A stretch of 64,000 bases of DNA, from contig JBPCLP010000039.1 of NCBI GenBank assembly GCA_051003195.1, positions 32,001 through 96,000 of the forward strand. Direction: 5' to 3'. This document shows positions 30,782 through 40,499 of the stretch, one piece after another; the stretch's first letter is position 1, and every line of letters begins with the position of its first letter. Under the pieces are notes generated by a model. It was not told where the DNA came from. It did no database searches and saw only the letters and a list, made by a program, of their open reading frames with translations. The translations under genes were made by a program, and so were the position numbers. This DNA is from Candidatus Sumerlaeaceae bacterium (GTDB lineage Bacteria > Sumerlaeota > Sumerlaeia > Sumerlaeales > Sumerlaeaceae).

Positions 30782-32296
30782 ATGATGTTCGACCTTTTTA
30801 ATCCGGCATTCGCATCCGGCAATATCTCTACACATCCAAACCAAAGCTCAGCCAACAACCTGCGGTTCCGTTCAATACTGCGCACATGTTGCTGTGTAGT
30901 CCTGTGCGCGCCGCTGCTTTGGGGCACTGGCATCGCAACTGCTGCGGGCAGCCTGGTGGCCTATATCGCGGATCAGGATACAACGGCACACCGTGAACTC
31001 TACCGAGTCAGCTCACTGGGCGGCGCAAATACAAAAGTGAACCCGACACTTGCAGACGGTCGCAATGTGGACAGTGTAATTGTGCACCCAAAGGGAACAA
31101 GCATACTCTACACTTCCGACCAGGAAGTCGAGGGCCAGCGGCATCTCTATATCGCGAATCTGAAGACGAACACAGTCGTGCGGCTTACCCCGGATTTCGC
31201 TTCAGAGACCGCACTTTATCGCTGGGAGATCGACACGCGGGGAACCTGCGTGGTTTATTCGATCGTCCATACCGTTCTGGGTAGCGTAAACCTCTTCCGC
31301 GTGGATCTTAAAACGGGCGCGGTGCGTCCACTCAATCCGCCACTGCCCGCTGGTGGAAGTGTCTATTCATTCAAGATCGACCCGAAGGGGCGCTTCGTTG
31401 TTTATGAAGCGGACCAGGAAATAGCAGGAACTACAGACCTGTGGCTGTCGGAGTTTAAAACCGGCACAGTGCGGAAACTGGTTGTGCCACCGGGAATATC
31501 CGGGGGCGGCTTTGAGAAGTTCGATATCGATCCCAAAGGTCGTGTTGTCTTTTTCACTTCTGAGCCGCAGCTTTCGGACCTGGAAGAACTTTATCAACTC
31601 GATTTGAAAACGGGCGCGGTCATCAAGCTGAACGGCACGCTTGTCGGAAATGAGGTGAGCGATTTCGCCATCGATTCCAAGGGCAGCAGTGTCGTTTACA
31701 TGGCCGACCAGGACTCCACGGGAACAACGGAGTTGTATCGTGTCATCCTGAAAACCGGAGTCGTTACGAAGCTGAACGCGCCGCTGGTAGCCGACGGCGA
31801 TGTTCGCAGTTTCGAAATCGATCGAAAAATTTCCATGGTCGTCTATCGCGCCGACCAGGATGTCGATGGCGACGTTGAATTGTATCGCACGGACCTGGCC
31901 ACCGGGTTGGTTACGAAGCTGAACCCTCCCCTGGTGCAGGATGGAGATGTCCGCAGTTTTAAAATCAGTCCCGCTGGCACCACTGTCGTTTATCTCGCAG
32001 ACCAGGAGATCGACGGTATCAACGAAATCTATCGTGCAAATCCCGGCGGCAACAGCGCGACGAAACTTAATTCTCTCTTGCCGTTTGGCGCCGTGATTAT
32101 TAGCGATTTTTTATTCGAGCAAAAAGGTGCAGGTGTCGTGTTTAGGGCAGATTTGACTGGCGACCGCAATGAGCTTTTTCGTGTCGATGTTCAGACCGGT
32201 GTGCAGACGAAGCTCAACGGCCCCATCGTAGAAGGCGGCAACGGAGTGATTACCTTTACGGTCCAGGGACTTACAACGCCAAGAAATGCGGAGTAG
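30782..32296 (+). CDS. Secreted beta-propeller (TolB/WD40-like) repeat protein
   Basis: Repeated units F.ID.KG..VVY.ADQ......ELYR..L.TG...KLN.PL; signal-like N-terminus; start uncertain. Confidence 0.8.
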   Translation: MMFDLFNPAFASGNISTHPNQSSANNLRFRSILRTCCCVVLCAPLLWGTGIATAAGSLVAYIADQDTTAHRELYRVSSLGGANTKVNPTLADGRNVDSVIVHPKGTSILYTSDQEVEGQRHLYIANLKTNTVVRLTPDFASETALYRWEIDTRGTCVVYSIVHTVLGSVNLFRVDLKTGAVRPLNPPLPAGGSVYSFKIDPKGRFVVYEADQEIAGTTDLWLSEFKTGTVRKLVVPPGISGGGFEKFDIDPKGRVVFFTSEPQLSDLEELYQLDLKTGAVIKLNGTLVGNEVSDFAIDSKGSSVVYMADQDSTGTTELYRVILKTGVVTKLNAPLVADGDVRSFEIDRKISMVVYRADQDVDGDVELYRTDLATGLVTKLNPPLVQDGDVRSFKISPAGTTVVYLADQEIDGINEIYRANPGGNSATKLNSLLPFGAVIISDFLFEQKGAGVVFRADLTGDRNELFRVDVQTGVQTKLNGPIVEGGNGVITFTVQGLTTPRNAE

Positions 32297-32414
32297 AAAC
32301 GCATCGGAAACGGGTGCGTAGTGGGTGTTTTGTTTGCCTCTACCTTCGGGTAGTGGGCCGAGCTCAAACATTTTTCTCATAAAGGCGCTTCAGCCTTTGC
32401 CAAAGGAGATTGCC

Positions 32415-35039
32415 GTGCGATGCTGGTGGTGCACTGCAGCAATTCTATTTCTGTGGATTAGTTTCGCCCAGGCCGCGGAGCCTGCCTACCATGTCGCAGA
32501 CATGCGCGAAGAGCGCTATCGCGACACCGATTTTGCCGTCGTCGTTCCCCAGCGCCTGGAAATGGTGTGCCGCACGGCGCCCGAAAACCAGTGGGGCTTT
32601 GCCTTTGCCGGCATGGAGGTCCATTCTCGCGCCGCGCTGGAGTTTGAGTTCACGGGCAGTAGCAACTACACGATTCACGATGTGTATTCCTTTGCCGGCC
32701 TCACGCTCGATTACGGCAAGCCTGACGGCAGCTGGTCGGAGCGGTCGTTCCTGGGCCTGGGGCTGATCCAGGCCTCGCGCGGCTCACATCCGCCGGCATG
32801 GGGCGTTGGCGCCACGGGGAAATTCCTGATGCGAGGCAATGTGGCAAGCGCCTCAGCCCAACCCCAGCGCGTGCGCATTGACCCCGCCAGGTATGCGCCC
32901 CTCGACTGGGATGGCCGGCTCTGGATCGGCACGCTGCTGCACAACGTGGGGACCGACCGCAATCTGCGCGTCCGACTCGTTGATCCGGCTGCACCCGCAC
33001 CCCCTCCGCTTCCGGAAGAGCACATGCGCGATGCCATGCGTGCCAGCCAGCTTACGCAACTGCAGGCGGCGCTGCGCAAGGTTGAGAACACGGTAAGGGC
33101 AGCCGCCGCGCAACAGGGCCCTCCGGAACTGAGGGCATTCATCGAAAAGGTTCGCTCGAACGAGGATCTGACGGGCGCATTGCGCCGCGCCGTCGCGGAT
33201 GCCGCAACGACCGCGCTCAAGGCAACCAACTTTTCAGCGATGATCCGTCGAGCAGATGCATTCACGACGTCGCAAATCGTTTCGCAGGTGTCGTCGGCTG
33301 ACGGGCTTCTCGATATGTGGCGCAAGGGCGGATCTTTTGGAAAGCAGATCGGGTGCATTGTCAGGCATGCGACCAACCTGGACAAGATCGGACTGAGGGA
33401 TCTCGCGGGCGGCACCCTGATCAGTTCTTCCGGCCAGCCTGTCCGGCTCTCCGCTGCGCGGCACGAGTATGAAGGATTCCAGGTAGTACTGACGCCGCTG
33501 GAAGGCCCGCCTCGAAGCGTCTCGGTCCACATGAGCGATCTGCGCAGCACCGGCGGCGTCATTCCTTCTGCACGGTGCAAGGTCAACGCGGTGGGTTACG
33601 TCCGCATCTTCCCGGGGCACGCGCGCCAGCAGCTGGTTCCCGATCCGTTATTGGAAGGCACAATACCCGAACTGGCGGCAGGCGAAAATCAGCCCGTGTG
33701 GATCACACTTTACGTGCCGCCGGATGCCGCGCCCGGGCAATACACGGGCGAGATCGCTATTCGCGAATTGCAAACCGCCGCTGAGGTGCGTGTTCCCGTT
33801 CAGTTGAACGTTCGGTCTTTTGACATCCCCAAAAAGTTATCGCTCCGCTCCAGTTTCTGGATGTTCCGCGACCAGATTAATCGCTTCTACCATCTCGACG
33901 AGGTGAAACTGGACGACTATCTTAAATGGATCGATTGCGCGCTGGAGCACCGTCTTTGTCCCATTGACGTTTACGAGGGACATTGCCGGCAGCTCGTCGA
34001 TATCATTAAGGAAACAACTCCGCCCCAGGTTGCGCTTCACATGGAAAGCAAAGGGGAGGGAGTTCCAAATCCCCGTCCGGATTTCACCAGTTGGGACCGA
34101 TACCTTGACCGCATGATCGCTGGAGGGGCGGCCACGCTCCCGCTCGGACAGTCGCATCATCATGGTGCGTGGTTTACGACTCCGGGTGTAAGCCGCGGCT
34201 CAAACGAGCAGGTCGGTCGAGTGATCGAAAGCCTGAAAACATTGCGAGATCACTACAGGCAGCGCGGTATTTTTGATATGCACTACATGCAGTTGCGTGA
34301 CGAAACAAGCGAACAGGACTCCCTGAATGTTTATCGCGAAGTAAACCGGCAAATGCCTGAGCTCAAACTCCTGCTCACGGTTCCGTCACCCCAGGCGCGG
34401 CCGTTCATCGACATCCCTTGTCCACAATCCGCCGGCTTCGATGCGCAATGGCGCGACGAGGCAAAGTCGAAGGGCGGCGAGTACTGGTGGTACGTCTGCC
34501 TGGCCCCAGACGATCCATACGCGAATCTTTTCCTGTACCAGTCGTCACCGCAGCACCGTGCGTTGTTCTGGCAGACCTGGGACCGAAAGGTGGAGGGACT
34601 GCTTTACTGGGGCATGAACTTCTGGTCGTGGTATAAGGACAAGTGGCCGGCGGGTGCGAAGGGTCCGACGCAGCGCGTGCAGCCTGAGGTGGACGCGGCA
34701 AACTTTTGCTCAATCCCGGAGTTTCCCGGAGACGGATGTTCCATGTACCCGGGAGCGACACCCGATAAGCCGCTTTCCAGCATACGGCTGGAAGTCATGC
34801 GCGACGGGGCCGAAGATTACGAATACTTCCTCCTTCTGGATCGCCTGATTCAGCAGATGCAGGTAAGTGGCAGGCGCAGCGCGAAACTTCAGAGTGCCCA
34901 AAAGGCTCGGGACGCCGCCCACACATTGGTCGCAGACCTGACGAAATACGAACGTGATGGCGCAAAGTACATTAAGGTGCGGGAACAGGTCGGCGACGCC
35001 ATTGAAAGCTTACTAAAAGCACTGGCGGGGGCACACTAA
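32415..35039 (+). CDS. Secreted DUF4091/GH123-like glycoside hydrolase
   Basis: RBS AAGGAG before GTG 32415; LSAARHEYEGFQ, VPDPL, QPVWITLYVPPDAAPGQYTG, WWYVC, GLLYW, PGDG..YPG, SSIRLEVMRDGAEDYEY. Confidence 0.8.
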   Translation: MRCWWCTAAILFLWISFAQAAEPAYHVADMREERYRDTDFAVVVPQRLEMVCRTAPENQWGFAFAGMEVHSRAALEFEFTGSSNYTIHDVYSFAGLTLDYGKPDGSWSERSFLGLGLIQASRGSHPPAWGVGATGKFLMRGNVASASAQPQRVRIDPARYAPLDWDGRLWIGTLLHNVGTDRNLRVRLVDPAAPAPPPLPEEHMRDAMRASQLTQLQAALRKVENTVRAAAAQQGPPELRAFIEKVRSNEDLTGALRRAVADAATTALKATNFSAMIRRADAFTTSQIVSQVSSADGLLDMWRKGGSFGKQIGCIVRHATNLDKIGLRDLAGGTLISSSGQPVRLSAARHEYEGFQVVLTPLEGPPRSVSVHMSDLRSTGGVIPSARCKVNAVGYVRIFPGHARQQLVPDPLLEGTIPELAAGENQPVWITLYVPPDAAPGQYTGEIAIRELQTAAEVRVPVQLNVRSFDIPKKLSLRSSFWMFRDQINRFYHLDEVKLDDYLKWIDCALEHRLCPIDVYEGHCRQLVDIIKETTPPQVALHMESKGEGVPNPRPDFTSWDRYLDRMIAGGAATLPLGQSHHHGAWFTTPGVSRGSNEQVGRVIESLKTLRDHYRQRGIFDMHYMQLRDETSEQDSLNVYREVNRQMPELKLLLTVPSPQARPFIDIPCPQSAGFDAQWRDEAKSKGGEYWWYVCLAPDDPYANLFLYQSSPQHRALFWQTWDRKVEGLLYWGMNFWSWYKDKWPAGAKGPTQRVQPEVDAANFCSIPEFPGDGCSMYPGATPDKPLSSIRLEVMRDGAEDYEYFLLLDRLIQQMQVSGRRSAKLQSAQKARDAAHTLVADLTKYERDGAKYIKVREQVGDAIESLLKALAGAH

Positions 35040-35051
35040 TATGCGGTCTCA

Positions 35052-35178
35052 GAATTTCGCGGCATAATTCCAGGATTCCGGCTTTTTGGAATCCGCAACC
35101 CTGGGTTATAGCACCCCATTTTTCGCGCCATGAAGGGGCGCCGGAAACCGAAAATATGGTATGAATCTCCGGTACACC
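35052..35178. repeat. 127-bp REP/MITE-like palindromic element, copy 1
   Basis: 116/127 identical to 54421-54547; internal hairpin GGATTCC..GGAATCC nested in CCAGG/CCTGG. Confidence 0.88.
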
Positions 35179-35443
35179 CACAATGTCTGCCCAGCAATAA
35201 TGCAATGGAGCTGGCAGTACTGGGGCTCTTGGAAAACGGCGATTCAGCGCGTATGTGCTGTTGCCGCGCTTGAGGCGGTGGGTGAACTCACAACACAACT
35301 CTTAGCCCGCTTCAGCCGCCTTGGTTTCGCTTCAATCCGACTGTTCAACACCCCCAGCAACGCGCGGCGTCCCGGAGTTCACAACCGTTCCGGCTGCACA
35401 CCTTTTCCCCACTTCCAACTAATAAACCTGACACCAATAAGAA

Positions 35444-35469
35444 AGGGGCGACGGTAGACCGTCGCCCCT
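35444..35469 (-). terminator. Intrinsic terminator of pilin-like gene
   Basis: AGGGGCGACGG-taga-CCGTCGCCCCT 11-bp stem followed on minus strand by TTCTTATT. Confidence 0.8.
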
Positions 35470-35499
35470 GAGGTACGAATTACAGATAGTGCTACAAGC

Positions 35500-36162
35500 T
35501 TACTGCTTTACGCGCCAGACGTCACCCTGAGATACGGTGCCGTTTGTCGAGTCATAGGTAACTGCGAAGCCGGTGCCGCCATGTGCAATCATCGGTGGGC
35601 TTGGCTGAGCAATCGCGCTGGTGTAGAGCGTCTCAACCAAAGGTGATGTTGCATTCTGGCCAAGGTCGCAGTTCTGAGATGCCTGGTCGGTGTCCGGTCC
35701 CGGACTGAACAGAACCCAGCCCTGTTGATCGTTGAAGTAGCCGAACGTGGCGCCCTTGAAGTCCATGAATGGATCCGCAAAGTAGCTCGTGATGTATGCA
35801 ATCGGGGTCGTTAAAGTACAAATGCCGGCCGGTCCGTTTGCAACGTCCGGATTACGCCTGGTAAACGACGGGAAGCTGTTCAACTGCGTTTCCGCCGTCG
35901 TGTTTCCCCCCGCGATAGCCAGTCCCGAGTTGTAGTTCGGCTGACCTACCGGACTGCGTCCGTTACGCGCTGATACGGGGTAGGTATTATTATCGACGTA
36001 GTACGTCTCAATACCGGTTGCGAGCGAACGTTGATCGTTCTTCACACGAGAGACCTTGGCGCGAACCTGGGCCTCGAGGAAGTTCGGAACCGCGATTGCC
36101 GCCAATATGGCGATGATCGCGACTACGATCAGGAGCTCGATGAGAGTAAAACCTTTTTTCAC
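35500..36162 (-). CDS. Prepilin-type N-terminal cleavage/methylation domain protein (type IV pilin/pseudopilin-like)
   Basis: MKKG|FTLIELLIVVAIIAILAAIAVPNF class III signal; SPGPD and C-terminal YDSTNGTVSQGD; GTG start with strong RBS. Confidence 0.92.
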   Translation of the reverse strand: MKKGFTLIELLIVVAIIAILAAIAVPNFLEAQVRAKVSRVKNDQRSLATGIETYYVDNNTYPVSARNGRSPVGQPNYNSGLAIAGGNTTAETQLNSFPSFTRRNPDVANGPAGICTLTTPIAYITSYFADPFMDFKGATFGYFNDQQGWVLFSPGPDTDQASQNCDLGQNATSPLVETLYTSAIAQPSPPMIAHGGTGFAVTYDSTNGTVSQGDVWRVKQ

Positions 36163-36267
36163 TATTTTTCCCTCCCTTCTGGGTTTAGAGTAATCAAAAC
36201 CGTCTATGGGTTTTGAGGAAGTTTGGTTTATGCCTTGTGCGGGGGTAGTGTCAACGGCAAAAAACGA

Positions 36268-36459
36268 CTAAATTTTGCCTAATATGTAAACCAGCACGGC
36301 CAGCACCACCAGAACGCCTGTAAGCTTGGCGAACCGCCGCAGGCTCTGGCGGAGCACCCCCAGGGGGGGCAAGTGGGCTTCCTGCGCGGCACTGTAGACT
36401 ACCGCGACTACGATGGCGGTGCCGATCATGGAAGTCAAGTAGATCCAACCGAGCGTCAT
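36268..36459 (-). CDS. Small two-TM membrane protein
   Basis: ATG overlaps upstream stop (ATGA); two hydrophobic helices. Confidence 0.65.
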   Translation of the reverse strand: MTLGWIYLTSMIGTAIVVAVVYSAAQEAHLPPLGVLRQSLRRFAKLTGVLVVLAVLVYILGKI

Positions 36460-36908
36460 TGTGCCCCCAGGGCCGCGGCAACGGCCCCCTGGCGCTTGCG
36501 ACCATAGAAGTGGTCGTAGGTGCTTGTCATCACGAAGTAATTCAGGCCCCCAGACACCAGCAGGAAGAAGGAACCGAGGTCGGCCCACCGGTTGGCTTCA
36601 TCGTAGGGCAGGATATGCGCCCCGTTTAGAATCTCGGGTGCCAGGCTCACGAGCGCCAGGCCACCATTAAATAACTGGGTAAAAAACGTCAGTATGGTCA
36701 CGATGTTGAATCCTTCGCTGCCAAAGCGGAAATCCGGCAGCAGAACAGAGCCCTTGAACGCCGTGCCCAATAGAAAGGTCGCCTGCAGGACGATGAAAAA
36801 GAGCAGTCCGCGGCCCCAGCGCCTATGGATAAAAAACCCAAAGCCGGGGATCAGCCAGCTCATAAAGACGATCCCGAATTTTTGCGCGGAAGATGCTTCG
36901 TTATGCAT
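36456..36908 (-). CDS. DUF6677-like membrane protein
   Basis: SWLIPGFG.F...R.GRG..F, C-terminal G..FL.VSG.LN. Confidence 0.7.
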   Translation of the reverse strand: MHNEASSAQKFGIVFMSWLIPGFGFFIHRRWGRGLLFFIVLQATFLLGTAFKGSVLLPDFRFGSEGFNIVTILTFFTQLFNGGLALVSLAPEILNGAHILPYDEANRWADLGSFFLLVSGGLNYFVMTSTYDHFYGRKRQGAVAAALGAQ

Positions 36909-36966
36909 ATGGGGCAGCAGTTCGGCAGCCCGGCTCAGGGCTTGTCAACCGAATGCGCGAGGCAGG

Positions 36967-37200
36967 CTCCGGGTTCCGCGTTCCGGACTGACCACTACCC
37001 ACTACCACACTTACACCTTTCCTCCGAACGGGGCGATCCTCTGTGCGCTTGCGTCAGCCCAGGCTAAAGCCTGTACTCCGAACGGGGCGCCAACTAACCA
37101 CCAACCACTGCCCACTGTCACACTCCGCATTCAAAAGTACTCCGTACTCCGCAATCCGCATTCGAAAGCACTCCGCATTCGAAAGCTCCGCACTCAAAAG
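36967..37200 (+). repeat. Field of degenerate heptamer tandem repeats plus REP-like palindrome
   Basis: TCCGGGT/TCCGCGT, ACCACTA/CCCACTA, TCCGCAC/TCCGCAA/TCCGCAT units; CAGGCTAAAGCCTG palindrome 37060-37073 between 14-bp direct repeats 37022-37035 and 37076-37089. Confidence 0.8.
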
Positions 37201-37238
37201 TCTGGACTATCCTGGCCAGGCATCACGAACTTGACCCG

Positions 37239-38375
37239 ATGCGTTGCTTTCCTCTCGCTCATCCCGCTCTTCGAGCCTGCGCTTGCGCTGGTTTGGTTTT
37301 CACAGGTATCTCTGGAACTCCACTGCACGCGGCACGCGTCGCGGACGATCCGCCACGCTACCGCGAAAAAGACGGACTTCGACTGCGCAAGATCGCGCAC
37401 CTCCCCATGGAGAAGGCGCGCTCCATCGCATTTACCGAGCACCATGCGTGGGTCGGACAGAACCTCGTCGGCATGGAACTCCTCGACATCCGCAACCCAT
37501 CGCTGCCTCGGCGTATTAAGAAATTTAAGCCCGAAGAAATTCAGCCACTCGATATCCGCGTGCTGGATGACGACGTGCTCGTGATTGCCGACCGTTTCCG
37601 CGGGCTCGTGCTGTGGGACGTAAGCACTCCACGAACCCCCGTTCCACTTGGCTCCGTAAAGTTGCCCGGCATCGCCACCAGCGTCGACGTCACCAAAGTT
37701 CGCGGCAAGCGCATCGCAGCGGTGGCGTGTGGGGGCGAGGGCATGGCATCCGTCGATATTACCGATCCGCGCCGCCCCGTGCTGCTCGGGCTCTTCCAGA
37801 CCCGCATCGATTATTCGCGCCGGCTCGTGCTCGACGGCAATGTCGCGTACCTGGCCGACCACTTCGACGGTGGGCTCAAGGTTCTGGACCTCAAGAATCC
37901 GTCATCGCCCAAACCGTTTTTCCAGGTGTCGATCCGCGGCTTTTGTGAATCCGTCTCACGCCGCGGCAGCCTGCTCGCGGTCGGCGATCGCAACTACGGG
38001 TTCTGGTTGTTGGAAATCAGCTCACTCTCGGGAGAAGAAAACCGCGACAAACAACCCACGCCCGTGCTGAGACTGCAGTGTAATAGCGTCCGCACGCGAA
38101 GCGAAGTGCGGGACCTTCTGCCCATAGGCGATAACCTGCTGCTCGTCGCCAATGACGTCAACGGCCTGGAGCTTTACGATGTAAGCAACCGCAAGTTTCC
38201 ATTGCTGCTCGACGAATATGAGTTCGGCAATGCAGCGACTGCCGCCCAGTCGGTGAAGACACACAGTGGGCACATCTATGTGCCAAGCTGGGACGGCGGC
38301 CTGTACATACTGCGCATTGTAAAAGAGTCCGGCTTCGACGACGATGACGATTCAAATACACACGAAGGCCCATGA
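37239..38375 (+). CDS. Secreted LVIVD-repeat beta-propeller protein
   Basis: GMELLDIRNP, GLVLWDVSTP, GMASVDITDP, GLKVLDLKNP, GLELYDVSN repeats. Confidence 0.88.
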   Translation: MRCFPLAHPALRACACAGLVFTGISGTPLHAARVADDPPRYREKDGLRLRKIAHLPMEKARSIAFTEHHAWVGQNLVGMELLDIRNPSLPRRIKKFKPEEIQPLDIRVLDDDVLVIADRFRGLVLWDVSTPRTPVPLGSVKLPGIATSVDVTKVRGKRIAAVACGGEGMASVDITDPRRPVLLGLFQTRIDYSRRLVLDGNVAYLADHFDGGLKVLDLKNPSSPKPFFQVSIRGFCESVSRRGSLLAVGDRNYGFWLLEISSLSGEENRDKQPTPVLRLQCNSVRTRSEVRDLLPIGDNLLLVANDVNGLELYDVSNRKFPLLLDEYEFGNAATAAQSVKTHSGHIYVPSWDGGLYILRIVKESGFDDDDDSNTHEGP

Positions 38376-38399
38376 CCACCCAACATTTGGACATATCTC

Positions 38400-38525
38400 G
38401 AGAACCTGACCCCTGAACCTGAACCTTGACCCATTACCCAGCTGTCCTGCCTGCTCGCTTTTTGTACTCCGCAATCCGCACTCAAAAGTACTCCGCACTC
38501 CGCACTCCGAAATCCGCATTCGAAA
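38400..38525 (+). repeat. Second heptamer repeat field
   Basis: AACCTGA/CCCCTGA units and TCCGCAA/TCCGCAC/TCCGAAA/TCCGCAT units; GTACTCCGCAATCCGCA identical at 37144-37160 and 38464-38480. Confidence 0.8.
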
Positions 38526-38540
38526 CGAGGACCAAAACCC

Positions 38541-39488
38541 ATGCGAACAAACCGAACCACAGCACTCCCACGCATAACGGCCGCCGCTGCCGCCGCCCTG
38601 TTCCTTGCCGGCTGCTCGTCACGTGACGCCATGGATTACCTGCCCGAGATGCCGGCGTATCTCGCTTTCAATGCCGACCATGCGCGTAGCACAGCGGGCG
38701 GACAGCGCCTGCTCGAAGCAGCCAGCAAAATGCAGCCCGAAGCCGCTTCGCTGATGCAGGGAAAACTGAAAAAGCTTTATGTAGGCGTGGATAGTCCCGG
38801 TGCTCCAGGCGCGCACGGCGCCGGGCAGCGGCCAGCCGGTGGCGGATGCGCGGTTGCCATCGGAGATGGCGGTTTTGCGAAATACGCCAGCGACCAGTTC
38901 CGCCTCCATGGCGCGACCGAGCAGAAAATGAGCGGACGCAAAGTATTAACCAGCGGCACAATCTCGTTATGTCCCGTCGGCGACAACGGCGTGATTGTCT
39001 TCTCGCGCGCACAGGACCTGGATAAAATGCTGCGAACTTCTCAGAAAAAGAATCCTTCCGCGAGACAGTCCGCTCCATTCAAGACCACCGAAGCATTGGC
39101 CGCCTCCCACGCATTCGTAATGGTCACGGATTGGTCGCAGGTGCTTTCCCTCATAGGCAATCAACTGAATCAGGTGACCGCGCTCAGTCCCAAGGGCGTG
39201 GAGGCTCTCAAGCAGGTTCGTGCCGCCAGTGTGGCGATGGACTGGGACGAACAGCCGCTGGTGCAGGCAACACTTCATCTGCCGAATGCCGAGGGGCGCG
39301 ACGACCTTGCCGGGCTCGTCAATATCGCAATGGGATTAGCCGGGCGCATGAAACCCAAAGGCGCCGACCCGAAACTGCTGTCGATGCTGGACGACCTGAA
39401 AGCCGAGACGTCGGAAGAAGGCGTCACGATCAAACTCACCGTGCCAAAGGAAACCGCCGACGCCTGGCTGTCCAAAGCCGCCCGCTGA
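38541..39488 (+). CDS. Hypothetical lipoprotein
   Basis: Lipobox LFLAG|C; RBS GAGGA. Confidence 0.75.
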   Translation: MRTNRTTALPRITAAAAAALFLAGCSSRDAMDYLPEMPAYLAFNADHARSTAGGQRLLEAASKMQPEAASLMQGKLKKLYVGVDSPGAPGAHGAGQRPAGGGCAVAIGDGGFAKYASDQFRLHGATEQKMSGRKVLTSGTISLCPVGDNGVIVFSRAQDLDKMLRTSQKKNPSARQSAPFKTTEALAASHAFVMVTDWSQVLSLIGNQLNQVTALSPKGVEALKQVRAASVAMDWDEQPLVQATLHLPNAEGRDDLAGLVNIAMGLAGRMKPKGADPKLLSMLDDLKAETSEEGVTIKLTVPKETADAWLSKAAR

Positions 39489-39543
39489 GTTTTTTGCAGC
39501 GGCGAAAGCGCGCTGAGAACTCAAGATATTCGCGAACCCCTGA

Positions 39544-39645
39544 TCCGTGTTTTCCGTGAAATCCGTGGTTCTGTTCTGTGCGTTTTGGATCTTTTTGCGG
39601 CTGATCACTTCATTTGCTTCGGGTGTATTCGTGAAATTGGTGGAA
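39544..39645. repeat. Nonamer-period intergenic repeats
   Basis: TCCGTGTTT TCCGTGAAA TCCGTGGTT and a degenerate TTCGGGTGTA TTCGTGAAA TTGGTGG set. Confidence 0.65.
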
Positions 39646-39686
39646 AGAAAATGCCCCAGTATACGCACGACGCACAACTGTCCGAT

Positions 39687-39953
39687 CTACCATCGTCTCG
39701 TCTTAATATAGAAGCGAATGGCAGTGCCGATTGCGAGCGGCGGCAGCCCCGCATAGATGCACCACGCGTAGGGCGGGGTGTCGCCAGTTGGATTTCCACC
39801 GATGGAATCCATATGATCAATGAGATGAACGTACGTGCTGATAATATTGACGGCACCAACGGCGCAAAGTGCTGCGCCGATCACCCATAACGTGATCGCC
39901 ACTATGCGTAACTGTCGCTGCCTGTTAAGACGCGGTTCGTCGGGCGATTCCAT
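39687..39953 (-). CDS. Small two-TM membrane protein
   Basis: Two hydrophobic helices; RBS CAGGGGG upstream. Confidence 0.6.
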   Translation of the reverse strand: MESPDEPRLNRQRQLRIVAITLWVIGAALCAVGAVNIISTYVHLIDHMDSIGGNPTGDTPPYAWCIYAGLPPLAIGTAIRFYIKTRRW

Positions 39954-39971
39954 CAAACCCCCCTGAATCGC

Positions 39972-40499
39972 TCAGCGCACCCGCTGCAATTCGGCCGCTT
40001 CCGGGTTCACAAGCATCATGCAGATCGCACTGATGTAGAACACCATCCCTACGACAAGTACCGCGGTTGCGACCCTGATCGCGCGGCTCTTCCGCTCGCG
40101 TCGCCGAAGAGTGGCAAGCACCCATTGGTCGACCGGGAGGTGCATATAACTGGACACCCACCGAATCGGCATCACAAATCCCAGGGCCAGGCAAGCCGCA
40201 GCCGCCACCAGCGCCACCCCCAATACGATCAGGCTTTGTGCAGTGCCGCTCGTGTCCGCGATAATCCGGCCTGAAAATCCCGTCACCGTGATCACCACCC
40301 CGGCGATTTGCATAAGTGATTGCGCGCGACCGTGCAACACAGAGAGCTGCCCATCCAGAAGCGAATAGATAAACGATCGATCCTGCGGGGATGCTCCGCC
40401 AAAACCGAGCAGAATCGACTGCACCTCCTGCTCCTCCTGCGGGTTGGGTGGCAGCAGCAGCGGGTCGTTACTCGTCGTCTTCCTCGTCCTCGTCGTCAT
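39972..40499 (-). CDS. Hypothetical membrane protein (3 TM)
   Basis: Three hydrophobic segments; start overlaps upstream gene end. Confidence 0.7.
   Translation of the reverse strand: MTTRTRKTTSNDPLLLPPNPQEEQEVQSILLGFGGASPQDRSFIYSLLDGQLSVLHGRAQSLMQIAGVVITVTGFSGRIIADTSGTAQSLIVLGVALVAAAACLALGFVMPIRWVSSYMHLPVDQWVLATLRRRERKSRAIRVATAVLVVGMVFYISAICMMLVNPEAAELQRVR

Noticed and set aside
35316..35329. 14-bp match CCGCCTTGGTTTCG to the aldehyde dehydrogenase end duplicate
   Set aside because: Too short and without flanking similarity; compatible with chance
35161..35457. 98-aa ORF starting inside the 127-bp repeat
   Set aside because: Begins within a repeat and ends in a terminator; no protein-like features
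36694..37584. 296-aa ORF spanning the heptamer repeats
   Set aside because: Overlaps two better-supported genes; open frame results from stop-poor repeats
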